A stretch of DNA of 64,000 bases, taken from positions 248,001 to 312,000 of the forward strand of contig NW_026782000.1 of assembly GCF_031769215.1 (NCBI RefSeq), given 5' to 3'. The position numbers and the translations under genes are program-made. This document shows, one piece after another, positions 26,560-40,190 of the stretch (its first letter is position 1; every line of letters starts with the position of its first letter). The notes under the pieces are model-generated. The model worked only from the letters and a program-made list of their open reading frames with translations, did no database searches and was not told where the DNA came from. The stretch comes from Ylistrum balloti (Eukaryota).

Positions 26560-27260
26560 CGAAACCAGCATGGGCAATTGTATGATAAGCGTAATGAATT
26601 CAATTTCCATATCGTGAATATACCATTTCTGGACAACAACATATATGCATCCCTCTTCTATGGTGGCTACATGTTGCAGTTGATTCGATATTCAAGGGCC
26701 TATGTTCCCAATATTCCGAAGTCGTCAACTGACGGACAAACTCCTAGCACAGGGGTTCAGTGATGAATGCTGATTGAAATTACGGGTTTTAAAGTCGTCA
26801 TACTGATTTCATTGATCTATATTTCTTTGTTCGATATGACGTTGGTCGTATTTGATGCTCTTAATTGGCCTGTTGGTTCCGTTGTTGTATACCTTGTTTT
26901 CCTTTGAGAACGTGACATGAATTACTTGGATTGACCAGGATTTTATAAGGTGAGTATTGTCGATGAGGCGGTAAGCGTCTACACTTCCGGAACACCTGGT
27001 CTTATTCTCAGGAGTCACAATGCAAATGTTCTTGTTATTTTGCCCTAGTTTTATTGACAATGAGTTTTTATTTTCTAATGTTCAGATGATGATATTTTTC
27101 TTGTTGCTGATTAATAATTTATTTTTTGTTATTTACATTTTTCTAATGTAGGAGCATGCCATTACTTACTTTGATTGACCAAGATCTACATACCGGCTAT
27201 CGTCGATAAAGTAGAAGACGCTTACTCTTCTAGAACACATTGTCTTCTTCACTTTCTACA
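26560..27260 (+). mobile_element. Penelope-like retroelement remnant in FABP-A intron 1
   Basis: YDKRNEFNFHIVNIPFLDNNI....YG.Y..QLIRYSRA resembles the LYDKRDDFNF..NFP....N......YG...SQL.RY.RAC block of invertebrate Penelope-like RTs. GACGCTTAC(T/A)C..CC.GAACAC motifs near 26975-27000 (minus) and 27218-27240. Confidence 0.6.
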
Positions 27261-27641
27261 TGTACAAGGGTCTCTGTGTAAATCTTTCTTTTGTGAACAT
27301 TTTGCATCATTTTAATCGAATTTGAGTCTGAATTAAGAATCATGTGACACGTCGGCATTTTCTAAGTTTGTTTCTGTACAAATATATGAAAACATGCTTC
27401 ATAACCTGTTGAGAAATGTAGATATACTAACAGTGTATCACATTTAAGCGATGCTAACGATTCGCTTATAAACTAGATACACATCTAGCTTATATACATA
27501 TATACATATATACATATATAAACTGGGCAAAGTTTACATTTCTCCCTATAACATATACAGAAGCCATGTCAGCAATCAGACACCATTACAAAATACAAAT
27601 GATAACGAATTTTATATAACATTTCCTCGTCTATAACCTAC

Positions 27642-27723
27642 CAACTTCCGCAAGAAATTCTTCGAAATTTTCGCTCCTAACCATCTTCCATGTTCCAGCA
27701 AACTTCTCCTTAATATCCTCCAT
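27642..27723 (-). CDS. Fatty-acid-binding protein (iLBP/FABP) paralog A, exon 1; 4 exons, 141 aa
   Basis: MEDIKEKFAGTWKMVRSENFEEFLAEVG carries the GxW...SENFEEF motif; G|GTAGGT donor; canonical FABP 1-0-0 intron phases. Confidence 0.92.
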
Positions 27724-29350
27724 CGTTTTATCAACAGTATATCACTGCCGTTCACACGTTTAATGTGTAAGTGTCTAAATCTGGTTGATGCACATTTATC
27801 AGGCGAATCACTGTACGGGACACCGATCTCGATAAAACCTCACATAATGATGTTAGGCATTCAGATTTGTATTTATTCGCTGTGTCAATGCAGTGAGGCA
27901 TATTCGGAAACGATCGATTTTTATAAACATTTTATATACACATCTATATGGAGAATGTATACAACAGACAAAAACGGCACGATATTTTCATGTGATCGAT
28001 ATCAATTGTATCAAATATTTTCTATTTCTCTATTTAGAAGATTCGTGCTGTATTTCAAATATTATTTGTATTTCAGCGACCGATATTTACGTATTTAAGA
28101 AATACTGATTATTGTGTAAATCAAATAATGTCAGGTAATGATACTTCTTCATATTGTCACATATACCCAGGGCAATCATGATATTGACTTAATTGATGGT
28201 TATATCTTGTTAAAAAACATCTTTCATATTAAATGTCATTATTTACCCATAAATCAATGTTGGGTACAATAAAGTTTGAAATAATTCAATACTGAATATC
28301 ATATGTATAGAATACAAACTCGTAACACAAGTTTTCAAAAGATGCAGGTTAATGAATTTTAGGGGGAAATTTTAAGGTCGTATGGTCTCATTGAGAAATA
28401 TTATATTTGAAGCTGAACGTGTTTGATGCTCTTTAGTTTGCCTTTTGGCTACGTTGTTGTATACCGTGTTCTCATTTTGGAACGAGACAACCATCACTTA
28501 CTTGGATTGATCACGATTTACAAACGGATGTCGGCGACGAAGCAAAGGTCGATTGCTATTCCGAAACATCTACTCTTATTAGTCAAAATGAATACTGCTC
28601 CATCAAATCGGCTTAAAAAACCGAAACTGTAGCACATTGTGAATTAACAGTGGTAGTCATACATCATCCGATTTCACAAGTAAAGGCGATATATTTGAGC
28701 TCCCGGAAGATATGTTTAAATCTTAATGTATTTGACAAGTATATGAGGGATCGATTCGATAATCCTCAATAATATGAGAGTATTAAAAATATAAAGGAAT
28801 ATCTGGAAAATCATATACCTCGATATGGGGCTCAGTATATGTAAAAATCCTATAGCTATAACCAAAACCCGAAGTCTTGAAAACCCATTGATGAAAGAAT
28901 GTACAGTAAGCCTGCCAGCACAACACCCGTCGAAACATTTAAACATTCTAAAGTCTTTATTATACATGGTGAGATATTTCAGTCTGGAATATAATTACAC
29001 AGAACATTCATTGTAACTTCTAAGATGACTCGAAACGCTATTATATATGCGATCAATCGCGTACTTCATGGCTATTTATAGGCGTTGAATTCTTCTTCAT
29101 TTTCATTGAAATATTTTTAACAATTATCATGTTTAAAATATAAATGATAGAAACTTGAAAACATGGTATTAGCAAATATCATTATTGATACGCGTATCTC
29201 TTAATTTTGCCATGTTATGCTCTGTTTACTCGATACGCGCTTATCAACAATGTTAAGCAGCAATCTGAATCCTGATATACTGCAACAGGGTCACAATATA
29301 GGTTGTAAGCGGGACTTCTGATTTCATTTCACATATCGCTTCATCATAAA

Positions 29351-29438
29351 ATGGCTCTGGATGAAATAAAGGAATCTTTGGCTGGAAAATGGAAAATGGA
29401 CAGAAGCGAGAACTTCGAAGAGTTTTTGAAGGCAGTCG
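29351..29438 (+). CDS. FABP paralog B, exon 1; join 29351-29438,31232-31401,32183-32299,32773-32826 = 142 aa
   Basis: MALDEIKESLAGKWKMDRSENFEEFLKAVG; G|GTATGT donor. Confidence 0.92.
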
Positions 29439-31231
29439 GTATGTTTTTGTTTTAGATTTGAATAATTAAGTATGAGAGGAAAATAGAGGGCTCTATACTC
29501 GAGAATATTTTAATGTATATAACACAATAGATCTTATCATATCAGGGCTTTGAAGTAAGTGCATGAATATTGATAAATGTGCCATCATATCATGTCATTT
29601 AACATTCGGAAGTGAAAAACAATCTCTGTTAACAGTTATTGATATTATACTTATTATAAGATAAAAGTTTGATCCATGAGTGTAAGCAGCTTACAATATC
29701 CTTCAAGTGATCTTTTCAGAGAATGGAAAGATCATTTTCATAATTAATTGTTGAACTGTTTGTTCTCTTAATGCTGTTCAGATATTAAAACTTAAAATTA
29801 TTTGTCATAAGAACATGACATTCAACACAGTTTGTGCTAGAATTGACTGGTTTTTAATATCCAAATTTGTTTGCACAGTCGTCAAACATTATATGTAATT
29901 ATTTACATTTACAAAGAAAAAAGACTGTATAGAAGACAAACACACATGAATAATACCTTTCGATAGGAATGAAGGTTAAATACTGTATAGTGAAATAATG
30001 AAAAGTCGAGATACAGTTATTCATTACACCAATAATGTATTATGGAAGATACGCTATAAGATAAAGGCAAATATCTGATGCGTTGGTACGGGAGCAAATA
30101 AATACACGTCCCACTTAATGACTTTAACGTGAGGTGAAGATCAGGTCCGCAGTTACACACATACAATGCACGAAAGTAGACAGTCAAAAGTTCAACATGT
30201 AACAGATACCATAATAGGTATTAACGTCTACATGTAGTATTACACTAGATGATATACATACGAAGTAACACTATATAAATCATATGTATAAGATCACAGA
30301 CGCTTGATATGACCCAAATATTAGGAAGTAAAAGAGACATAGTACTTCAATAGTGAATCAAATGTAAAAAATCTTATTTGCAACAAACAGATTATCTACA
30401 AATCAAAGAAATGGAACATGTTCTAAATAAAAATACTTCAAGCACTGCTGAAACTGTGTTAATGTTTCCTACCAATACAATACGGTAGACGATAAACAAC
30501 AATGCTCTGAGATCCTGAAGAGGTAAAAAATTATTAAATTTCAATTTAACATACATAAAGATCCAAAAAAGATTCGATAACAAAGTTGTAATATAAATAA
30601 ATATATGACATGAAATAAGAGGCGTAGTATGTCAACACTGCAATTAACATATCAACAAGTGAAATGGAGGCTAGTGTCCCAAAAAAAGATGTGATGCAAT
30701 ACAATTTGCTAGACGTAAAAATAAGTTATGAAAGGAGATCCTCTTTATTTCCGATTTAAACAGTTGAAAAAAAACCCCCAAAAAACCCCCCCAAAAAACG
30801 GCGAGGTATGTGTCAGTGAATATAAAAGATATATATATTGTTTAAAACGCTATATTCTCTTACATTTATTCGACATTTACTAGAATATAACAATTTCAAG
30901 TTCCTAGATTTTAAAATCCGGCGAGAGTGAAAAAGTTCATTTCTAAAGTTAGACAATTACAATCGAACAAACTACGCACACATTTGAACAAAAATACATT
31001 TTCACAGTAGTTTCTCCTGCTTTCTTGGCTTCGAAGGTTAAAATGACGACATATTTGTAAAACTTAAATGTTCAATACCATGGAAACTGTAATAATATGA
31101 TATCTATCTTTATTTCTACTAGGTATATTAGATATTCGATAAAGCAAAACATAGCCGAATCGACTTCTTTATATTTCTATCATATTGTATATTTTTTTGT
31201 ATTGAATATTATTCTAAACTATCATCTACAG

Positions 31232-31401
31232 GTGTAAACTTGGTGCTTAGGAAGTTAGCGCCCCTAGCGAAGCCGACGATGACTATTTCTGTTGAAGGGG
31301 AGACAATCATCAGTATAACAGATATGGGAATAAGAAAGGAAGAGGATACTTTCAAACTAGGCGAGCCTTTCGAGAAAGAAAGAGAAGGCGAGATGTTGCG
31401 A
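31232..31401 (+). CDS. FABP paralog B, exon 2
   Basis: VNLVLRKLAPLAKPTMTISVEGETIISITDMGIRKEEDTFKLGEPFEKEREGEMLR; 170 nt as in paralog A. Confidence 0.92.
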
Positions 31402-32182
31402 GTAGGGATTTGATTTATATTTTCTCAAAACTAAAAATCTAAAATAATTTCTCATTTGTTTTAAAAACCCAATTAGTACTGTGATAGCAATCACTGATTA
31501 GATATAATTCGTACCTAGTCATCAGTGGAAATATTTTTTGAAAATGGAAGGATTCAAATATGTATTTGCAATCAACGAAGACGATGCCGATATGTCAACA
31601 TAATCTTAATTCAGAGTCCAATTCGATTTAACTAGGAGAAATATAAACAATAGAGGAGAATAAGACCAGGGCTGTTTCAAAGTTCTGCATAAGACGCCTA
31701 TTCTTCCAGAACAGGCATTATTTCGATAATGACTCTGGATTTTCAAGATGTTTTTCTGAACAAGTGAAAACAGGGCTGCATATTTTGCATGTTTAAGGGA
31801 AATTTTGCTTAACATTTTTTTATCTTTCTTTCGTTGACGATCACGATCGGATTTTAATCAATCTGTTTTCCTGATGAGGGAATTTTTGTGGAATAATGTT
31901 AATGGTTCTTATAAAAGCTGGTGGTGGTTGTGATGTGGATGAGGGCATAGGGGATGAAGAATTTTAAGATTATTGTAAAACGGGTTTGTTAACAGATTTG
32001 TACATCAATGTGCTGTAACTGTATTTTTGTGGTTAACTTTCCTCAGTGCTTTTCAGACTAAGAGAGTGCAATGCTGATTGCATTTACTCAAAGTTATTTG
32101 CAAAATTAATAGTTCGAACGTGAAAATTTATCAATAGTTCGTTTACAGTTTTCATGTCAAAGAACATTGACATTGTTTTCAG

Positions 32183-32299
32183 ATATGTGCCACGTGGGAA
32201 GATGGTAAATTAAAGGTGACAGGTCAACCTTTAGACCCTAAATCCAAAATGAAGGCCCCAACAATATATAGGGAAAGAGTTGATGATGAAATGCTTCTG
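32183..32299 (+). CDS. FABP paralog B, exon 3
   Basis: ICATWEDGKLKVTGQPLDPKSKMKAPTIYRERVDDEMLL; 117 nt, GTGAGT donor. Confidence 0.92.
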
Positions 32300-32772
32300 G
32301 TGAGTATGATATGTAGTTGTCTGAAAACTGCCATTTTCTGTTATTAACGCATTTAAATAGAAAACAAATTAATAAGGTGATCTGTTTCTACAACCAAATA
32401 TCTAAAATTTGGGGGAAAAGGTGAGTTAAAAAACATTACATTGATACTGATAAATGTTTCAATGCTGATATATAACATTAAACTGATAAGTTCTTTCGAG
32501 AATGTAGAATACTAATGCCCTCTCTAGATGATACTATTGAATTATGTTAAGTAATCTGAATAATGTAACGTTAACGTTTTAAAGTGGCTAAATAGTTTTT
32601 AATTATCGAGGCTGAAGTAAAACAATACACCGAGAAAATTACCATGGCGGCAGAAACAAATTATCCTTTCCAGACTTCCAAGAAATAAATCTTCTGTTTC
32701 TTTTTTTGTTCAGTCGTTGTCACATGAATTGAACATACTGTTAGCAATGGATATATTTTCTTTTCGTTTCAG

Positions 32773-32826
32773 ACTATGTGTGTCGGTGACGTAGTATGTA
32801 AACGATATTTCAAACGTTTAGAGTAG
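32773..32826 (+). CDS. FABP paralog B, exon 4
   Basis: TMCVGDVVCKRYFKRLE*; tttcag acceptor. Confidence 0.92.
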   Translation, partial: TMCVGDVVCKRYFKRLE

Positions 32827-34309
32827 TCCAGAAATCAGCGATGAGAGAGGGAATGCCAATAGACCTTCTTATATTACGCCAAACACATCATTTCTGATCT
32901 AAGACTCGAATGTTGCGACTCTTCTAAAACAAATTTCTACATTTAATACTTTGTTTAGAAATGTTTATTAAATAATATTTGCTTACTTTGGCGTTTTTGC
33001 GTCATCCTTCCATATCATACGGACACGATTGTGTTGAAAAACAAATAATAAATAGATAATAAATATCTTTTAAGGTGAGTTTAACGGGATTAAGTTCTTT
33101 TCATTTCTTCCTTAATTAAAATACCAAAATGAATGCAGTAAGAAATAATCGCATAGCTACTGGTGTCAACTGACTCTTTCTCATTCAGAAACAAAAGGCC
33201 TAATTTTCGTTGTGTGGCTTTAGATCCCTCTGTCTTTTAATAATATTTTGCCCTCTTTGTCCGGTATTGAGTTCAAATCTGAATTTTGTTAATATGTCGG
33301 TACATTCTTGTCGTTATACCTGTTTTAACATTGCGATAATTCAATTTGGGGCAAAGCTTCCTTCTAATTCAGATGATAATTGCCATAAACATTAAGGTTA
33401 TATATTCAAATACTAACAACATTTATCTAAAAATGAAATAGAGAAAAAACATACACGCAGACTAGATATTTTTATTTTTGTATTTTTATGTAAGGATAGT
33501 AATACAAATAAATCATTTTAAGGAATTTTAATCCCTTGCAAAAGTCGGGGTCATATAAGGACGAGTGTCAACATAGGAATCATTGGCGGTAACAAAACAC
33601 AAAAAGGAGATAGGACAGAAAGGTCCCAATCATGCATTACGAGTAGTCGATATATTTTGGTCTCGTCTCTTCTCATGTCTGCCTGGGAGAGAACAAAAAC
33701 CCGATTATGCGACAGATCCTATTTCTGGACTTTTCTATGTCCCCAACTTTTACAGTTATCCACCTTTTACGTTGTGCAGTGTGACAAACAGGTATATTTT
33801 TCACTCTCTGTCACCTGCATGGTTTATAGATAGACGTACAACAATACAGATCTTTCATAGACATTTGTGTAATCGAATCCTTAAGTTCTGTATAGAATCA
33901 TCCGCCATCTTTGTAAGGCATCCGAGGAACATAAGTGATTGTATCTATGAGGTAAGTTTATATCATGTCTATATCTAGTATATAGCTGTCAAATATATGA
34001 CATCATTGCGCTAACAATTGTACAAGAAGTGGGATAATAAAAAGAGGTGCAGGAGTCCAACGTCCTGTGAGTGGTACTAGTTGGTAGATGTATCGGTAGA
34101 AGAATCCTAGGTGGATCCGGAGGATTCTAGCAGAGCTCCATGGACGATAGGTACTAACCACTAAATAAAGGATGAAACATTTGTAACTGTACAAAAAGAA
34201 AATAGTAACAGACACCATCGTCGTCTTAAAGTCTGATTCACGTAAAGGCCATTCGATCGTGTTAGTTAATTACAAACATCCCATTCAAACGCACAAAGGC
34301 TGATTGTGA

Positions 34310-34575
34310 TTTCCATCATGAAATATCTTTAATCATAAAATACACTGATTGAGAATATCATCATGAAATATCTTTCATCATATAACACACTGATTGAGAG
34401 TTCCATCATGAAATATTTTCCATCATATAACACACTGATTAAGGGTTCCATCATGAAATATCTTTACTGATACAATACATTAATTGTGAGTTCCATCATG
34501 AAATATCTGTAATCATACAAAACACTGAGTTCCATCATTGAAATATCTTAAATCATGCAATACGCTAATTGAAAT
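34310..34575. repeat. ~45-bp minisatellite, about 6 copies
   Basis: Unit TCCATCATGAAATATCTTT.ATCATA.AA.ACACTGATTGAGAGT repeated in tandem. Confidence 0.9.
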
Positions 34576-35049
34576 TATAATATGCTGCCTGAAAGGTCCA
34601 TTATGAAATATCTTTTTACTTTGTAAGTAATACAATCTTCATTCTATTGTTTTTGTGTTATCCTTTACTTTCAACAGTACGAGGAAAATGAAAACATCTT
34701 TTTCGAGCATTAGACCAAAAAGTGTAACTGGAGATTCTTATTGTTTACATGTATACCTTTAAAACCGGTTCGACAAGTACATAGGGTCACGATTCTCTGA
34801 CGCACAACCACATATGTTTAACGGGTCTTTCAGGCATTACACGTATTTAAGTGTATACGTTTCCATTGTCGGCAAAGCACATATTCTTAAAAAGAAAATA
34901 ACTAAAATATTCACCTCACACGATTGTTATCTACCTACGTAACAGCAAAATGAATTTAGTGTAAAGCCCACTCTTGTTATTTCTTGTACCTGTTATTTGT
35001 ATTGTCCTGTGACTGTTAGTGTTAGATATATATGACCTATGTTATCCAT

Positions 35050-37020
35050 ACCGCCTATGAAAACGTATTTTTATATCGCCTATTTAAATGTAATTACATA
35101 TCGCCCATGTGAATATATCTTTAAATTGCCCATGTAAATGTTACCATATATCGCCCAAGTAGATGCAGCTCTATAATGCCCATGTATATATAGATATATA
35201 TGGCACATGTAAATGTAGCTCTTTATCGCCCAATTAAATGAAGCTCTATATCGGCCAAGTAAACGAAGTTCTATATTGCCCATGTAAACATAGCTCTAAA
35301 TAGTCTATGTAAATATCCTCTATAAATGTAGTGCTTTACCGCCTTTGTAAATGTGATGCTTTATCGCCAATGTAAATGTGATGCTTTATCGCCTACGTAA
35401 ATGTGGTGCTTTATCGCCTACGTAAATGTGGTGCTTTATCGCCTACGTAAATGTGGTGCTTTATCTTTTATGTAAATGTGGTGCTTTATCGCCTATATAA
35501 ATGTGGTGCTGATCGCCTATATAAATGTAGTTCCATATTTCCAATGCAAATGTGGTGCTTTATCGCCTACGTAAATGTGGTGCTTTATCGCCTATATAAA
35601 TGTGGTGCTGATCGCCTATATAAATGTAGTTCCATATTTCCAATGCAAATGTGGTGCTTTATCGCCTACGTAAATGTGGTGCTTTATCGCCTACGTAAAT
35701 GTGATACTTTATCGCTTGTGTAAATGTGATGCTTTATCGCCTATGTAAATGTAGTTCCATATTTCCAATGCAAATGTGGTGCTTTACCACCCATGTAAAT
35801 GTGGTGCTTTATCGCCTACGTAAACGTGGTGCTGATCGCCTGTATAAATGTAGTTCCATATTTCCAATGTAAATATGGTGCTTCATCGCCTATGTAAATG
35901 TAGTTTCATATTTCCAATGTAAATGTGGTGCTTTATCGCCTATGTAAATCTAGTTCCATATTTCCTATATAAATGTGATGCTTTATCGCCTTTGTAAATG
36001 TGATGCTTTATCGCCTTTGTAAATGTGATGCTTTATCGCTTATGTAAATGTGGTGCTTTATCGCCTATATAAATGTGGTGCTTTATCGCCTATGTAAATG
36101 TAGTTCCATATTTTCAATATAAATGTGGTGCTTTATCGCCTATATAAATGTGATGCTTTATCGCCTATGTAAATGTAGTTCCATATTTTCAATGTTAATG
36201 TGGTGCTTTATCGCCTTTATAAATGTGGTGCTTTATCGCCTATATAAATGTAGTTCCATATTTCCAAAATGTGGTGCTTTATCGCCTATATAAATGTGAT
36301 GCTTTATCGCCTATATAAATGTGTTGCTTTATCGCCTACGTAAATGTATTTCCATAATTCAATATAAATGTGGTGATTTATCGCCTATATAAATGTAGTG
36401 CTTTATTGCCTATGAAAATGTAGTTCCATGTTTCCAATGTAAATGGTGTGCTTTATCGCCTTTATAAATGTGATGCTTTATCGCCTATATAAATGTTGTG
36501 CTTTATCGCCTGTGTAAATGTATTTCCATAATTTAATGTAAATGTGGTGATTTATCGCCTATATAAATGTGGTGCTTTATTGCCTATGTGAATGTAGTTC
36601 CATATTTCCAATGTAAATGTGGTGCTTTATCGCCTTTATAAATGTGGTGCTTTATCGCCTTTATAAATATGATGCTTTATCGCCTATGTAAATGTGGTGC
36701 TTTATCGCCTATGTAAAATGTAGTTCCATATTTCCAATGTAAATGTGTTGCTTTATCGCCTATATAAATGTGGTGTTTTATCGCCTTTATAAATGTAGTT
36801 CCATATTTCAATGTAAATGTGGTGCTTTATCGCCTGTATAAATGTGGTGCTTTATCGCCTATGTAAATGTAGTTCCATATTTCCATTGTAAATGTGGTGC
36901 TTTATCGCCTATATAAATGTGGTGTTTTATCGCCTATGTAAATGTAGTTCCATATTTCCAATGTAAATGTGGTGCTTTATCGCCTATGTAAATACAGTTC
37001 CATATTGCCTATGAAATGTT
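35050..37020. repeat. 25-bp satellite with two monomer types in higher-order arrangement
   Basis: A = TAAATGTGGTGCTTTATCGCCTATR and B = TAAATGTAGTTCCATATTTCCAATG, roughly 75-80 units; degenerate on the left edge. Confidence 0.95.
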
Positions 37021-37158
37021 GTGCTTTATCGCTTATGAAAAAGTTATTCTACATTAAGGGCTCACAACATTTGGATTTTTTTAAAATTAAGTTACTTATA
37101 ATGAAATGTGACCGGATTTATGAGCTCATTTTTTTCACATTTTTTTTAAATTTCACAG

Positions 37159-38896
37159 AAATTTGTTTTGATAATGTAACTAGTCGAACTAAACCCAGAA
37201 TACAGATGTTTGTTATATTTAGAACAGTACAACAAAGCAAGGAAACTAACATGCCATTACACGTTATGTTGCACATGTCTGGGAGAACATCAATAAAGAA
37301 CACGCGACTGGTGACCAGAACTAACACTATCTTCCTTGTCCTGTCTGTGACACACCAACAACTCCAAGTGATCCTATCCAACCTGTGGTTCCTGTCATTC
37401 ATTTTTGCATTGGTTCAACACCAGCCACGTCTGATGGCAACGTCTGTGATACTTATTGTCGTGTGAAAAGTCAACACCAGCCGTGGCCTGGTGCTCAGGT
37501 TGTGAAGAGTTCCTCTGTGATCAATGCCGAGTGTATTACAGTCGGAACAAAGTATCAATAGACCATATAATTGTTACAAAATCCGATGCTGGGAATGTTA
37601 TTAAAATCTTTATCGGTCGTCGAAGACTGTTCTAGCCACAAAGACAACCACTAGATGCCTACAGCTTTGATCAAAATACAAAGTGTCGTAGTTTTTGTGT
37701 GTCCCTGTCACACCGCAATAGCAACAATGTAAAACCGTTAAAAACAAATTTCACAGAATGACGGGGAAACATCTTCATGGAGAAGAATGGAGCGATATCG
37801 CAGAAGAGACAAAGACGATGGTGGATGAAGATGAATTAGTGGAATGGAATCTAAGTTCCAAAGAAAAACACAAAATCGGATAGCATGACACAATTGGATG
37901 AAATATTTCAATCGGATCTTAATCAAGAAATGTAATGCTTACAGAAAAATCGCTCTCTGCTCGAATGAAGCATACCAAAGTATTTCAAGCTAACGCCTAT
38001 GACTGTAAAGTTTTGATGGCGACATTGGAAAAGCAAGCAGATCTTCACAAGATATTCATCGTTAGGAACAAACACAACTACATCTTCCGACATGTGGATC
38101 AATAAACAAAGAAGCTTGAAAACAGTTTTGAAAGTCATACTCAATGAGGCAAAGATTATCGACAACATTACGAAATTGAAATAATTGGGAGATACCAATG
38201 TAGTTACACAGTATTCTCCAAGACGTCCTTAGAAACCAAAACATGCATCAACACTATGTTGAAGTCCCTGGCTTTGACACCTTCTGCTGGATTAATTTCG
38301 GTGTAGGATTCCTTATCCAGTCCTGAGCATAGACCGGATTGGTATCTTTTATGAAGTTGGAAACGAAAAGTTCACTAAAGGGATTGAACACCCCTCTCCT
38401 GACAGGGATGGTCCGTTTCGACAGCGGTGAATTACAGAAATGACCGTCTTCTTCTGCTTGATGACACGTACTCCTGCCGGAAGGATTATTCAATTAGCAC
38501 TCAACCGTCCGATGTCGCCCATGGGCTCACTGCAGACGAAACGGTCAACTGCATATCATCAACACCTATCGTAGGCCCAGGCAATATCTGTAGTATAGCT
38601 CTCTACAAGGACAAGATACTTACAGGAATAGGTACGTATATAGAGTTTCTGCTTATGGAAGGTGACGTTACCACGACAATCATGGAAATGGGGAAGGGCA
38701 ACAATCCCACCGTAACGAAGACTGTTGTATACTACAAAATGGCCATGACATAGTATGTTGACAGGTAGATAATAGAAAAGAAATCACCAGATATATAACT
38801 ATTCTGGTTTAAACGAACATAGGACAGGAATTCATAGTCACTTCATGGAAGGAGTCAATTTCATTCAAAGTGTACAGATCTAACGAACCATCATAA
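37159..38896 (+). pseudogene. Pseudogene of the RING/B-box/NHL TRIM gene at 41513-43579
   Basis: Collinear matches across the whole protein: PEYRCLLYLEQYNKARKLTCHYTLCCTC, YLPCPVCDTP, CSGCEEFLCDQCR, GEEWSDIAEE, NDRLLLLDDTYS, EFIVTSWKESISFKVY*. Multiple frameshifts, in-frame stops (e.g. TAA 37322-37324) and deletions. Confidence 0.9.
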
Positions 38897-39399
38897 ATAC
38901 TTTATAGCAACAAATATTCGTTGGGGATTTAATTATTTAGTTCGTGTGTCAGAACAGTACCAAAAGTCAGAAAGATGATATCTCGCCTCGAAATTGAATG
39001 ATAGGACAGTAATATTGTCAAATTTAATACTCAAAAATAAACATTATTTAACAGAAGTTAGGTTATGTGTATCATACCTCAGTATAAAGCTGTGAATTGT
39101 ATTGAGGATTTGTGTCTTTGCGAAATTTAATCAAATGTATGGGACTATCACTATTTTGCACACGATTAAATTTTAGTTTGATTCGTGTATTGTAAATGAA
39201 TAATATATAGAAGTCAGTAATATGTCCATAAAAGTGATAACAGAGTATTAAAATCGTCTGAAAAATGAAACATTATCGAAAATTGAATGTTTATCGTGTG
39301 ACAATATAATTTGTAGTGATGAAATTATTCATTGTATGGGTGTGTCTATTATTTCAACCTTATTGAATACATTTTGATGATTTTTGTTGTCCTATCACA

Positions 39400-40190
39400 G
39401 ACGGCGTTTGTGTGAATAACGTTAGAACAAGGACCTACGTCATACCCTCCTTTTCAAAGTCGTCCCACAAATGTTCGATTGGGGACAAATCTGGACTGTA
39501 TGATGGCCAATCAAGGACTGGTATGTTGTTTAGAACCGGAAAATCATGATAAACCATAACAACACGGGACCTCGTGTTATTCTGTTGCAAAAGTTTCCTT
39601 GATGGAGGAGAGGAAGGCCGCGTGTGGTCTCAAGACCTGATCCCGATATGTTACTGCTGTAAGATTGCCATGAATAATCATAAGAGGTGTTTGCCTTGAA
39701 ATATCCATGTCCATTCAATAACAGACCCTCCCCCGAATATGTTTCTTCCCATTACTCAATCGTCAGAATATCGCTCACCACGACGTTGGCGTTTTTCTGA
39801 CCTGTAAAGCGTGAAGCAAGCGAGACTCGTGAACAGCACGCTGCTTCAATGGGCCAAACGGAATCGATTAAATGAATGTGCAAACAGTCACTACATTTGA
39901 TGTTAGCATCGCATCTGCATACGTGGCGGACTTACAAAGGGAAATGATTCTCCCGCAACCGATTCTTTACCGTTCTTAGACACACTGGCCGACTATTAGA
40001 CCGACAATTTAGTGTTCCCTTCGCCGTTGCTGTCGGAAATTGCTTACGGAGGTGCGAGAGTCGTATGTCTCTATCGACGTAACGACGTAACGCGCTGGAG
40101 CCTGCTACTGGGTCGGTCATCCTGTCTCCCTGAGGCGCCCATCTAAACGGGATATTGTCTCATGTACACCATAGTTTTGGGCTACATGAC
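39400..40190 (-). mobile_element. Tc1/mariner transposase remnant
   Basis: DRDIRLSHLR...RTVKNRLRE (HTH region), VLFT....FTLYRSE, FGGGSV, IIHGNLTAVTYRDQVLRPH and WPSYSPDLSPIEHLWD (Tc1 WPxxSPDLxPIE motif); stops and frameshifts. Confidence 0.88.

Noticed and set aside
31600-31900. Possible L1-type RT relic (SPLLF) in FABP-B intron 2
   Set aside because: Only one short motif.
33540-34250. GC-richer island with a 131-aa ORF (33583-33978)
   Set aside because: No recognisable domain or consistent exon structure; faint Gypsy-pol resemblance only.
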